Source: Octopus sinensis (taxonomy: Eukaryota). From it: DNA of 64,000 nt. Location: NCBI RefSeq assembly GCF_006345805.1, contig NC_043000.1:26474001-26538000 (forward strand). Direction: 5' to 3'. The notes below the pieces were generated by a model. The model did no database searches. It was not told the origin of the DNA and saw only the letters and a list, made by a program, of their open reading frames with translations. Below are positions 25,707 to 39,624 of the stretch, one piece after another. The position numbers and the translations under genes are program-made. The first letter of the stretch is position 1. Every line of letters starts with the position of its first letter.

Positions 25707-25809
25707 TATGTATGCATGCATGTATGTATGTATGTGTATGTATGTATGTATGTATGTATGTATGTATGTATGTATGTATGTATGTATGTATGAATGCATA
25801 TGTACATAA

Positions 25810-26130
25810 TGAAGGCACGTGTTTTAGTGGTTAGAATAATAGTCTCACGATCGCAGGGTCGTGAGTTCGATTCCTGGCGAATGTGTTGTGTCAAGACACT
25901 TAATTTCAAGTTGCTCTAGCCCACACAGCTGGTAAAAATGTGCGGTATCTGTATTTCAAAGGAACCGGCCTTGTCACATTTTGTGTCACGCTGAATCTCC
26001 CCGAGAACTTTATTAAAGGTACGCGTGTCTGTGGAGGGACCAGCCACTTGCACGTTAATTTTACGAGCTGACTCTTCCTTTGATCAGATCGACTGGAATA
26101 CTCGTCCTCGTAACCATCAGAGTGCCAGGA
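25810..26130 (+). mobile_element. SINE-D head + G tail, diverged
   Basis: Homologous to 39625-39950 (reverse) and to the G tail at 11395-11565. Confidence 0.75.
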
Positions 26131-26439
26131 TATATATTTATATATATGTGTGTTAGTGAGTAACAAAGAGGTACAAGTGTCAATTCATTACGGCCGTTTC
26201 TAGTGACTCCTTTAATTGATTAATGATAACATTACATCATTGCAAAGAAACCGTTTTCGTTAGATGAATTCATGCTCTTCAAACATAAAGGATAGTTCAA
26301 CTTATTTAACATAGTTTACAAATTCACGGAGCAAAAATATTTACATTGATCCTGCTACAATTCAGTTGGTAGAATGGACTTAACAGAATACTGTATATTT
26401 GGTCAGAACAAAGAAGAATTTGGGGATTATTGGAGTTCA

Positions 26440-26705
26440 TAGCAGGGGGTGGAGATAATTGACCCAAGTGACCCAGTTATGCTTGTGTGTGCGTGTGTGT
26501 GTATATAAATATGATAGATTGTTAGCCACTACACACATTTTTTCTCTCTCCTTGTTTCTCTCCTTGTTTTTTCTGTGTCCCTTTCTGTAGAAGAGCGTAG
26601 GCTCGAAACGTAAAAGACTTTTTCTATTCCTGAGCGTTATACTAATACATCTGTTTGTTTTGTACACCACCTGTCTTCGTCTTTTGTTTTTTTTTCGTAA
26701 ACTCT
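26440..26705 (+). mobile_element. Repeat with Penelope-like terminal motif
   Basis: ctgtagaagagcgtaggctcgaaacgt at 26585-26611; second copy on the minus strand at 63935-64000. Confidence 0.4.
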
Positions 26706-27319
26706 CTCTCTCTATATATATGTACTTACATACACTAACACTGCGCCTGTATATCTTGTTTAATGCCGGAGAAAACCTATCACTTGCTGTACGTAAAGAG
26801 AATATGCTTGAGCAAGGAAAGGTGATCATCAAAACTAAATGGTGAGTTGGCTTTAGTTCGGGTCCCTATCATTTACGCTCAAATTGTCTAGCTGAGTAAA
26901 TAAATATATTATCACCGAACAAATATCTCTATTGACATCAAATATATCGATGATTGACTTAATTCCTGTCAACATTTGAAGTGCAATCAATGGGATTTCG
27001 GCGTCACATTCATTCTCATCTTCGCTTCATTTTAACCACTGTTACAGATCCTGTGAGAATGTATCTAATCTGCCCCTGAAAACATCGAATCTATAGATTT
27101 AGATAAACTGTGTCAGCTGGAAATAATTTTCTTTGTTATACGATTATCGATGACACACAAGTAACAGGGGTAACGACAAGATATATCTCAGATGATAACA
27201 TACGTACGAACATTCATTCATACATATATATACTCAAACATGTACACACACATACACATACACATTCATACATATGAATATTCATTCATACATGTTTACA
27301 TGCATACATGCATACATAT

Positions 27320-27382
<63 letters not shown>

Positions 27383-27389
27383 TATATCT

Positions 27390-27690
27390 CGCGTGACCTA
27401 TCAGGCTATCAGATGTTGCTACACATCGCTGGTCACAATGCGCTTCGCATTGTTTTAGCTTTCAAATGACGCCACCCCGCTGGCTAAGCGAGTAGGCCTA
27501 TAGAATAAAGAGTGAGAGAACGTTGTGGCGAAAGAGTATAGCAGGGATCGCCACCACCCCCTGCCGGAGCCTCGTTGAGCTTTAGGTCTTTTTGCTCAAT
27601 AAACACTCACAACGCCCGGTCTAGGAATCGAAACCGCGATCTTACGACCGCGAGTCCACTGCCCCAACTATTGGGCCATTGCGCCTCAAT
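27390..27690 (-). mobile_element. SINE-C head + F tail
   Basis: Reverse complement of the 15773-16089 family. Confidence 0.85.
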
Positions 27691-27703
27691 ACACACACAC
27701 ATA

Positions 27704-27747
<44 letters not shown>

Positions 27748-28136
27748 TGAAATCGAGTAAATGTAGGAATATGTATATTTAAATACTGGACTAGATCTCC
27801 TGCACATAACTTCCATTTCACATTTTTTTTTTGTTGTAGTAATTTTGTGTTTCTGTTTCAGAATTGCTAATTCCGAGAAAGAGACAAAAGTGGTAAATTT
27901 CTGCAAGGAATATAACTCAGCATTTGAACTTATGTTTAACTGCTACATACCATATCGCAGAAAGTAAGGAAACGAAATATACATATTGCATTTTGATAAC
28001 AGAATTGTTGAATTATTTAGATACCAAAGACGAGTCGCTATGGGGTTTTGAGCATGGAAGACAAATTAATATAAGTTTTAATGAGATATCGCTTTAGATA
28101 GACAGACAGATTGACAGACAGATAGATAGACAGATG

Positions 28137-28167
<31 letters not shown>

Positions 28168-28176
28168 TATATATAT

Positions 28177-28223
<47 letters not shown>

Positions 28224-28976
28224 TAGTAAATGGAAGAGAGGAGGAAGGAGAGAGGGAGGAAGAAAAATGACAGGTAGAAAGAGGGAAGAAGGAGAGACAG
28301 AGAGTGAGAGATCAGGGAGGATGAAGAGAGAGAAAGAGGAGGAAGAAAGAGAAATAGAGGATGAGAGAAACACAGAGAGGGGAGGAGAGCGGCAGGAGGG
28401 AGAAAGAGAGCGACATAGAGGGATGTAGAGAGCAACGTAGAGAGGGGGTGACAGCGGCAAAGAGGGAGGGAACGGCAGGGAGGGAGGGAGGGAGCTGCAG
28501 AAAGGTGTTAAGAGATAAGGACAGAGAAGGTAAAAAAAAAAAAAAGAAACTGTGCGCGTGTATGTGTTGTACGAGTGAGACATAGAGAATGCTGCACGTG
28601 CATATGTATATATTTACATTCATGAATAAACAAATTCACACATGAGCGCATGGAAAATGTTTTGCTTGTAAACAAATTGATTAATCGGCATCTTTTTCGC
28701 TAAAGTACATTTCGATGGGCACGTGTAAATATTTATATACACATCCATACATATATACATCCATACGTACATAAACACATACATACGTGTATATAAATAT
28801 ATGCATATGTGTGTATGTATATATATATATATATATAAATATATATGCTTATGCATAAAAACTTATACAAATATATATACTTGCACACAATCATATGCGC
28901 GTATTTATATACGTATACTTATGTACATATTTGCGTGTATGTATATATCCCTACTTATATACATATACATGTACAT

Positions 28977-29022
<46 letters not shown>

Positions 29023-29023
29023 G

Positions 29024-29092
<69 letters not shown>

Positions 29093-29094
29093 TC

Positions 29095-29301
29095 TTTGAC
29101 TTGTTTCAGTCAGTTCACTGCAGCCATGTGGAGCACCGCCTTTAGTCATGCAAATCGACCCCAGGACTTATTCTTTGTAAGCCTAGTACTTATTCTATCG
29201 GTTTCTTTTGCCGAACCGCTACGTTACGGGGACGTAGACACACCAGCATCGGTTGCAAAGCGATATTGGGCGGACACACACAGACACACAGACATATGCA
29301 C

Positions 29302-29367
<66 letters not shown>

Positions 29368-29543
29368 GCACACACATATACGACGGGCTTCTTTCAGATA
29401 CCATCTACAAATCCACTCACAAGGCTTTGGACGGCCCGAGGCTATTGTAGAAGACACTTGCCCAAGGTGCTATGCAGTGGGATTGAACTCTAAACCATGT
29501 GGTTGGTAAGCAAGCTACACACCACACGGCCACTCCTACGCCT
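29095..29543 (-). mobile_element. SINE-B, full length
   Basis: Both halves plus internal (CA)/(CAGA) microsatellite. Confidence 0.85.
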
Positions 29544-29769
29544 ATATACATTTATCTTATATACACACACATGTGTGTAGACCTATAGAAACTTAGATAT
29601 GTTTCGACCAAAAATTGGTCCAAGCCATGTCTAACTTAATAGCACCACCTGATAGGATTATCTAAATCCTTTTCAAGTCAAGTTTTGTTTATGATCCATT
29701 CGAGTAGTGAGTTCTTGAAAATATATGCTTTTGCTTTTAATACTACTATCATTTTCCTTCTCTCTGCTT

Positions 29770-30700
29770 TTGGTTTCTGGTGTGGATGAAAACGATTTGG
29801 ATCGCCTTCAACCATGTGCGATTCTTACCGTGGCACAAATTCCTTTGGGATATTACTGGAAAAGAAAAAAGTTCAGCTTTTTCTTGCACACAATTCTCTT
29901 ATGTGGGTTTGCTAACACAATGAAGTGTTGTGGGGTTTTGAACTCTAAGCGGTAACGGGTTCTAACTCCAGATTGAGAAGGTTGGGTCTGAAGGAAATTG
30001 CTAGTCATGCGCCATCATTTCAAATCTATAATTACCAAATGACAACTTAGACCAGTTCCATATGATAAGGGAGGTAATCTTAAAAGTGAAGCATTCTCCA
30101 AAGTTAACATGCCATTAAAAAAAATGACAGACTTTTGGAGCGTCATCAGCATAACAGTTGTCTTAACATTTTCATTCAGCCTCTCTCAACAGGTCGTCCA
30201 TTACTTTGAGGCAATCTTCTTGGTATAACTGCGGAGGAATACCTCATGTCCCACAATAATTTCGTGACTGTGTGACGACGATAATGGAAAGCAATAGTCC
30301 CGATGGCTTATAACAAATGTTCTCTCCAACCAAGACCAATGTCTTCCTGTATTCTTTTGCTTCGAATGATCTCAAAATCCAGCCGACCATCCGTTTGCAC
30401 CTCTCAGTTATACGCCCGTGGGGCGATGTACTATTACTCATTGATTGCTGTGTGACCCACTGATTACGACTCTGTGGCCCCAAACACTCCAGGTCTTGTG
30501 TTTTCCGATTGTGATGCGTTAATGAACTACCAGTGTAGCGCTTAAGTTTTCGAGCATCTAACTCCTGGTTGGTTTCTGCAGCCCACTTGTGCATGGTAAT
30601 TAAGTGTCGCTGCAGGATTGTGATATCATCAAGACAGGCTTGTGATACCTTTTTATCGTTAGTGCAGCTGTGAGAGCATTTTTCTGTATGATAAATAATG
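29770..30700 (-). pseudogene. Decayed CR1-group LINE reverse transcriptase C-terminus
   Basis: DDITILQRHL..HKWAAETNQEL, CKRMVGWILRSF, DYC, YTKKIAS..ERL motifs typical of CR1/L2-group RT; frameshifts and stops. Confidence 0.75.
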
Positions 30701-30984
30701 GCGTGTGCGAGCAATCCGCCTCAAGCAGTAGTTGCCAGCCAGCCACCCACCTACAAATGATCACGACCAGAACATGTGTGATAATATGTCTGCTCAGTCA
30801 GAGCTGACCTGACACTAAACAACAAGAGTAATTCTCAGTCTTATGGACTGCTTCATCTAGACGGCTCCATCTAGTCCCCTACTTTGGGGATTCTGCTTGG
30901 AATTAATGTCTTCTGTGAGAGAGTGCCGCTGGCTGCAGACACCTGACGCCTACCTTTTAAAAAACATAATACATACACTCATAA

Positions 30985-31019
<35 letters not shown>

Positions 31020-31810
31020 AAATATCTCACAACACACGCACACATATACGTACATAATACATACAAACAAACATACATTTATACATACATACACACATAC
31101 ATACATACATACATACATACATACATACATACATACACACACATACATTCATACATACATACATACATACATACATACGTACATACATACATACATACAT
31201 ACATACATACATACATACATACATACATACATACATACATACATACATGTGTGAGTGTTTACACACACGTGTGTTATCGTAAAATCACAACTGTTTGAGT
31301 TTAAGCTTCTTTCTTACGGATTGTTCATATTTTCCTATTAGCCTTTTATATTTAGCTTGGAACATTATTCTTCCTATATCTATCTATTAATCCATTTATG
31401 TTTCTAGGTCTTCTGCTCCTCATCGTCACGACAGAATGTGAGTATTTAAAAAAGAAATAGCTATTATACAGTCGTGTCTTTAATATAACGTCTGACAGAA
31501 AAAAAATGGCTCCCTATTTGCACATACTCAAATGCATACATACATACATACCTACATATTTACATATATACCTGTACATATACACATACATATATTTATG
31601 TACATGCATAGGAATACACACGCATACATGTTCTGTCCCGACAATCAAATAGAATATGGAATTCGATAAGTATAAGTAAATATCTTGCGGCAACTATAAT
31701 TGAATGTGTCAAAAACAATAATCAACCGTCCTGTTGTACGATATAAATACATCGTCTAAGCGGTTTTTAATACCTTGTCCATCAAAATGTGCTCTATCTA
31801 TCCATCCATA

Positions 31811-31891
<81 letters not shown>

Positions 31892-31905
31892 CTGCGTATA
31901 TATAT

Positions 31906-31954
<49 letters not shown>

Positions 31955-32839
31955 TTGTATGTATGTATATAATGTATATCATTATTAATATTGGAGTTTC
32001 AGTTTCCTTTATAATGGTCTTAACAATGCATCTTCTTCAGATAAGTAGTTGTACTTCTAAGTGAGAATACAGTGGAATATAGATAAGCCGTTTTCACTGT
32101 TCCTGTTTCGAATCCTGGCCGGACCACTTTTATCTCATCTATTCTACTAATGCCCTAAGGAAAGTAATGCATAATTATTTCTCATTTACTCTTTCTCGCT
32201 TTCCCCAGCAAAACTTCTGACTTTGTAAGGTTCACAGTGCTCAACAAAAGCATTGAGTTCAGTCACCTCTCAGTCTGACCTCTCTTGGCCACAATTTATA
32301 AACATTAATATCCCTATTTCATTAGTGTTTAGAACATTATTGTTGATGCCGAACCTCGCAGAGTTTTATCCCGCCATTGACGAATTATTACATCATATAA
32401 ACAAACTATTTTAACCATAACCGAAAATTTCGCAGGTCTTTGCCGTAAAATATTCCACAGCTTGTTCTAAAACAATGCACTCTTTGTTGTGGCGTATACT
32501 TTATAGTTGCTTCTTATTTTGGAGCAGGGTACTAGTGGATTGATTTCCAATTTGTGACAAGCACAGGCATTATATCACAGGCAAGAGCTCCGCTTCTGGC
32601 AAGGAATATGCAATTATTGAATGTTTGACGTCGTTTATCAAACACTGAAATATATAAAGCTCAAGTGTCTTGATGAAGTGTCATGTTAAATGTCAAGTAA
32701 TTCTCAGTATAACACGGCCGATACAAAACTGCCATATAACATTACCTTAATAACACTGTGAGTATAAAACCTTTGCCAGTATAATAGTCTAAGTATAATG
32801 TAACATCCCCAAAACAACATTACGTATTATTTTAAGTTT

Positions 32840-33045
32840 TGGCATAGGGCAAGCAATGTTTAGGAGTTGGGGTAAGTGGATTACATCGAACCCAGTGTTC
32901 AACTGGTACGTATTTTATTGAACTCGAAAGGATAAAAGGTAAAGTCAACGTTGGCGGAATTTGAACTCAGAACGTAAAGGCAAACAGAATGTCGCTAAGT
33001 ATTTTGTCCGGCGTGCTAACGGTTCTTCCAGCACGCCGTCTTTCA
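32840..33045 (-). mobile_element. SINE-A monomer
   Basis: Head, core and degenerate tail B. Confidence 0.8.
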
Positions 33046-33129
33046 ACTGTAGGGATTAAACTGTCAAGCATAATACTGCCAGAATAATGCTATGGGTTCA
33101 GCACTATCAGAATAAGTATGTCGTAGTAT

Positions 33130-33440
33130 ATTGAGACCCCCTACGGTCATGACTGACCGTGTGATTGCACCTAGAAAGTTACCCTCCCAGGTACAAGTCC
33201 GGCAAGGTTGTTTATTGAAGACCAGCAGTCGCCCATGCATACCGGCCTCCCCTCTCACACCACTGATGTTATCCAAGGGAGAGGCAACAGCAGATACATT
33301 TCTACAGCTGAGTGAACTGGAGCAACGTGAAATAAAGTGTCTTGCTCAAGAACACCACACGCAGCCCGGTCCGGGATTGGAACTCACAACCTCACGATCG
33401 TAAGCTCGACGTTCTAATCACTGAGGCATGAACCTTCACA
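33130..33440 (-). mobile_element. SINE-D
   Basis: Homologous to 19325-19665. Confidence 0.85.
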
Positions 33441-34034
33441 TAGTATAATATTTTATGTATAACATAGTCAGTATAGCAATGTAGATATAACACTGCAAGT
33501 ATAACACAGAGTATAACACTCTAAATACAGCACAATTTGAACAATTCTATAACAGGTATCGATTTTGCGTCGGCTTTCTATTATATATCCGTTCGCAGCC
33601 TGAAGCATTACGATACTTGTGGGACTTCCAAGGGATCAATCGTTTCTATCCTGTCGTCAGTAATAGTCTGTGTGTTTAGTAAAAGCTTTTAACTATGTTT
33701 AAGACTGTCCAAACATGGCCAGTACGTCACGATGGTTTCATATCACTGACGTATATTTCGTAAACTTATATATTAAATTGAAGTCATCGTATGGGGTACT
33801 ACAGAAGAAAAATTTTAATAGTAGTATTGTCTCTCAAGACACCCAAAACTTTTTGTTCTAACCATTCTTGTAAAAATTATGGAAAAACAATCAATCAATT
33901 AAACAATTGATCGATATAGTCTGTTTCTAGATATGTAACAGAAGTTGTACTGATATGGAGAAACATCGGACATTATGCCGCCACTCAGTACTTCTATCTG
34001 ATGTGAAGGCATCGCCATAGACAACCAGTGACAT

Positions 34035-34087
<53 letters not shown>

Positions 34088-34347
34088 TAATAATAATAAT
34101 AATAATAATAATATATAGATAGATAGATATATATATAGATAGATAGATAGATAAGTGCTTGGGTGTTGAGTGTCTTTCACAATAGTTAACATCAAAGTAC
34201 CAAACCTTATAGGTTGAGGAAAGGGACCCTGTGAGACCCTCTAACAACAGGTTGCTGTCCGCTCTCACAGAATCAAGGAGAGCAAGACCGAGGGCTTTGA
34301 GAAGTAAAACAACAATAACAACAGTAATAATAATAATAATAATAATA

Positions 34348-34381
<34 letters not shown>

Positions 34382-34417
34382 TAATGATAATAATAATGAA
34401 GATGATAATGATAATAA

Positions 34418-35250
34418 TTTCATTTATTTGTCACAAGGGCGAAGGATGATGGGAACAATACAAAGACAGACAGAATATTGGGGTTTAGATATAATGAGAT
34501 GATAAAAAAATGTATACACGGTATACACTGAAAAACAAGGGACATATGTATAGCATACAATGGTTAAAAAAATGTCGGGGAGGATGATAGAGATGTGGCC
34601 CTCCTGATACTGGAAGGCCTCTAGGCATAATCGAGGAACCCTGCTATCCTAGATGTTCCTGAAACTCCAAGAGCAAGTACCCTCTTCAATTCATTCTCTC
34701 TGACTCAGACGTCTACCCTTGCCATTTTCGCTACTTTCACCTACTTTTCCATAGACTCACCCGAGGACAGCATCTCCCTCTCCACTCTAAATTTCCTTTC
34801 CAATTGGAACTTAAAGAAGTCAATGAGAGCTCTACCAAAGAGGACTGTATCTGTTCTCATGCCTTTCAGCCTTGTCCACCAAACAACCTCTTTCGCCACA
34901 GCCACCAGGCGAAGGAAAACTGCTTTGCCTGCCCGATTGAAGGTGGGCGGCGGGGCGATCATCACTGCATACTCAGCCGACAGACAGATCCGTCCCATAC
35001 GTGACAGTAGCTGTTCGACATAACGCTACAAGTCAACAATGCTCGGACACTGAACGAGGGTGTGCAGAACGGTTTCGTCACTCAGCGCGCACCTCAAACG
35101 AGCCCGTCTGACAGCACATCCATGCCCACCACCCGGTAGCACTGCCAGGCCAAAGACATCTGGAAATTATCCATGATAGTTCCCGACCGGAAAGTTCACC
35201 GGAACAGACTAGTCAGTCCGCTCTCGTCGGCGCCAATAGTCTCCCCGAGA
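34418..35250 (-). mobile_element. Diverged sister Tx1-type LINE 3' fragment
   Basis: MDNFQMSLAWQCYR, SDETVLHTLVQCP and AKEVVWWTRLKG align to the 23148 ORF; different 3' UTR ending gcccttgtgacaaataaatgaaa on (TTA)n. Confidence 0.85.
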
Positions 35251-35264
35251 CTTCTCTGCTACTT

Positions 35265-35465
35265 CTTTTTCTATTATAGGCACAAAGCTTGAAAGTTTGG
35301 GTGGAAGAATACTGGTCGATTACAACAGCCCCAGTGCTCAACCGGGTACTTATGTTATCAACTCCGAAAGGCTGAAAGACAAAAATCAACCTCGACGGAA
35401 TTTGAACTCAGAACGTAAAGACAGACAAAATACCGACGAGCATTTCGTCCAGCATACTAACGGAA
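35265..35465 (-). mobile_element. SINE-A monomer next to long (TAA)n
   Basis: Core and tail B recognisable. Confidence 0.75.
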
Positions 35466-35485
35466 TAATAATAATAATAATAATG

Positions 35486-35570
<85 letters not shown>

Positions 35571-35601
35571 TAATAATAATAATAATAATATAATAATGAT
35601 G

Positions 35602-35668
<67 letters not shown>

Positions 35669-35703
35669 TGATAATAATGATGATAATAATAATAATAATA
35701 ATA

Positions 35704-35740
<37 letters not shown>

Positions 35741-36240
35741 GGAAGCAGAAGATGAAAAAAACACAAAATGTTTAAATATTTGTAGTTCAACTTCAAATAT
35801 GTTTCCCAAAGGAACATGCTATGCAGGTACTTGCTTGGCTACGAGAAGCGAGAGAGAGAGTTAACCAGTGTGTACAAACGTATGTAACATATGATTGCAT
35901 ATAGGCTTGCACACAAAACACAGATTCCGTGTTGTTATCCCGTGATAAGTTTAGGTCTTACTGCTAATATCGTATTGCCCATTATGTACTTTTATACATT
36001 AAAATTTTTCAAGTTTCAACGACATCGTACGTTGGAGATATTATGATAATGAACTGAGAGAAGAGTAGGAGGAGCGAAAGAAAGAGGTGGAGAAAGAGGC
36101 AGACAACTTTCTCCTGTTGTAGTTGTTCCTGCTATGGTTGTAGTTCTCACAAACTGGGCAAGTACTAAAAGCAACAAATGGAGATATAAAAACCACGCCC
36201 ACAAGCCAACCCCAAACATATACACAATCAGATATTTGCC

Positions 36241-36322
<82 letters not shown>

Positions 36323-36624
36323 AATACAAACACATACATTAATAGCAACTAACACAGTTGGAAGTTTAGGAGGTTAAGCTTTCAAAATATCGATGTTTTC
36401 AAATTTTGTGAACGAAAAGAAAAAAAAACGAAAAGAAAAGAAATCTAGTAATGCACGGAGAAATTTCGTAAAATTATCTGATTCGCTCCGTGTGAGTAGT
36501 AACCGGGATTAAGGGTACAAAAAAGTGCGGGGAAAGAGCAAACGTCGCGCTCTGGTCGAATCCATTTTGTTCACCTTCTTCGTGGGCACCACCAGAATCT
36601 ACAGGTGTGCCGCGTAAAGAATGT

Positions 36625-36856
36625 AATACCTATTTCTTTACTTCCCACAAGGGGCTAAACACAGAGGGGACAAACAAGGACAGACAAACGGATTAAGTCG
36701 ATTATATCGACCCCAGTGCGTAACTGGTACTTAATTTATCGACCCCGAAAGGATGAAAGGCAAAGTCGACCTCGGCGGAATTTGAACTCAGAACGTAACG
36801 GCAGACGAAATACGGCTACGCATTTCGCCCGGCGTGCTAACGCTTCTGCCAGCTCG
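36625..36856 (-). mobile_element. SINE-A with tail A ending 5 nt into the next unit
   Basis: Minus strand ends gtaaagaaatag|gtatt and then unrelated sequence. Confidence 0.88.
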
Positions 36857-38399
36857 CTTCTTTCCAGTCCGATCACGGCTAATCTTAGACTACACAACAA
36901 CAAAAACAACGATAGCAACTACAACTGACTTATTTTATTAACCTTTTGATATATCAATACTAAATGCCTGTAGTTGATGGGTTTGGCACCAATCTAATTT
37001 TTGCATTGAAGTAAAAACAAAAAATAAAAAAAATAGTTAGAAAATCTCCAGACTTCTTTTATATTTATCTGAGTGATTTCACTGTCCCAGAAAGAAGAAT
37101 AATTATAAGAAATGTAGCCGACTTCAGGGTTAAGATAAGTTTCTACTATGTTGAAGTTTGATCTCAACTTCAATCTTGTCCCATCGAGAAAACGGTGTAA
37201 GTCGCAAGAAGGAGCATTGCTAATGGAGGAATATTGAGCTGATATGGTGGAGTAAAAATCTCCAAACATTTCCGTTGTATAAATATCTAATTGGTCACAC
37301 GGAATATATTTGCGTTCTGTGCCTGTTAACCGTTTCTAATAATGGCACCGGACAGGAAATTTTAATGGTGGAGATGTTAATTAATCACCGGTCTCTTTTG
37401 TTTGGTCGATATTTTATTTTATTGACCTTGGAGGAATGAAAAACGAAGATGACTCGCACGGGATTTGAACTTAGAAGGTAAACAGCAGGAAAAAAATATC
37501 GCAAAGTATTTTGTCTGAGTCTAACGATTTTACTAAGCTAACAGACTTTTAATTATCGATCCAAATTTAGGCACAAGGCAGGCAGATTTAGGGAAAGTGG
37601 GGTAAGCCGATTACATCGATCCCCAGTATTTAACTGGTACATTTTTTTCATCGACACCGAACGGATGAAAGTCAAAGTCGGCGTCGGTGGAATTTGAGCT
37701 CACAACATATAAGGAGCCGGAAGAAAGGCCACTCTGTCTTCCGATGCGCTAACGATTCTGCCAGCCCACCACCTTAATATGAGAGACAGAACCGATAAAA
37801 CTGAAATCATTTGTCTGACAAATACTTAATTTTTCTATCCCAGAAGGATTTAAGCAAAGTCGGGGCTGGCAAAATTTGAACTCAGAAAATTAAGGTGTTC
37901 ACTTTGCCGATAATACCTTCTAAAGAAAAAGAAAATATAGCTACTTATTGTGGATGTCTAAGCTTCAACATATCCAAACAGGCAGCAGATACTTTAGTAT
38001 GAATAATGAGAGGACGGTTTTTGACAATGGCGGAGCTTGCGTGTGTTGCTCGGAGCAGCAGTTAAATTTGTCGCCCCCGGGCCCCCTAGCCTATACAGCC
38101 TTATATACAGCCACTATAAAAGCGTTGCCCGGGGCGATCGACCCCTCGCCTAGCTACTATCAAAAACCAGTAGCTACGCAGCTGGGTTTTGATAGTCGTT
38201 AGTACGCGAAGATGTTAGACTCTCTGGTAAAAACGTGAATCGGACGAATATGTACGTGTGCGTATGAGAGTCCGCGTGTGTGGAGGTGTGCGTCCGGTTA
38301 CAAGAGTCCGCGTGTGTGAAGGTGTGTGTTCAGTTACAAACACACACACACACTAAAATGAGTACAAAAATTATTCTCGTGGTGGATTTGTGAGTGTAA

Positions 38400-38652
38400 G
38401 TCAGTAAAGTTCCTTTCCGAGTCATATAAACTCATAGAGCTAGTTTCCCGGTTTCCATGGTGAATGTATTGCCCACCTGGACAAGACGCCGATCCGTCGC
38501 AGGAAAACTTATTTTCACCAGTTGAATGGACCGGAGTAACGTGAAATGAAGTGTGTTGTTCAAGGACACTACTCGTCGCCAGGTCTAAGAATCGAAACCA
38601 CAATCTTTCGATCATGAGACCAACAGCCTAACCTCTAAGCTACATGCCTCCA
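38400..38652 (-). mobile_element. SINE-D core + E tail
   Basis: cttcatttcacgttactccggtccattcaactgg..cctgcgacggatcggcgtcttgtccagg..ggaaaccggg. Confidence 0.7.
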
Positions 38653-38937
38653 TGCTTTGTGAAAGCTTTGTGAAAGTGCCATTTGAGTTAGGACATTTGC
38701 ACTGTCGAAGAATCAGCAAAGGAGCCCCTTTACCGTCGCTTGTATTGCTAGAAATAGCAGCCCAGCCAAATTACCCTTATATAAACACTAATATGTTACA
38801 AACACATATCGGATAATGATTGAAAAAATAAAATTGAATTAAAAGTCGAGATCGTGGCAGTTGAACCATAAGTCATCTCGATCAGAACTTTAGCAACAAC
38901 AGCAACAATAACAACAACGACAGCAACGACATAAGCT

Positions 38938-39490
38938 GTCAATGGATTCTCAACCGGGGTCCATATGTTCATATGGCCCCTGAGAGTCTATATATAATTT
39001 TTGGGAGTCCACGCAACAAAATAGGGAATTAGGGATTCACAATAATATCTTAAGGATCCCTGAAAAAAAGTTTCTTTTGTTGTAGGTATTGGTATGTATT
39101 GCAAAAAACAACCAGGTTCCCATTAAGCAAAATAAGTATCTGCTTAGGGCAGTGGTTCTCAACAAAGATCCATATGGTCCCCGGGGGCTCCATACAAGAT
39201 TTTTGGGGGTCCACGCAACAAAATAGTGAATTAGGGATTCGCAATAGTATCTTATGGGTCCCTGAAAAAAATTTGCTTTAGATGTATGCATTGGTATGTC
39301 TTGCGAGTAATGACCAAGTTTCTTTCTCTAACATTTTACACTGTTCAACCTACACAAATTAATGTGTGGAAAACAAAATAGGAATTTTGAAAGAAGTTTC
39401 TATAAAACTAGTTTTTAAGCATCGAATGGCTATGGGGGTCCACCAGAATAAAACAGTGATCAAAGCGGTCCATAGATAAAAATTGGTTTA
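38938..39490. mobile_element. hAT (Charlie-like) non-autonomous element, two tandem partial copies
   Basis: CAGTGGTTCTCAAC terminus at 39150 and a degenerate one at ~38940; shared gtccacgcaacaaaatag.gaattagggattc block at ~39007 and ~39209; right TIR degenerate. Confidence 0.55.
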
Positions 39491-39624
39491 CAGTCTGTTG
39501 CAAGCATTCGGAAGGTAACTCCTTCTTTTGCTCCTGTTTTGTCTTAAAGGATTTGAAAACGGCTCAAGGGCGCTGCCTCTTGCTTCTCTGTCTATCTGAG
39601 TATTCCATCGGGGAAAATATTTAG

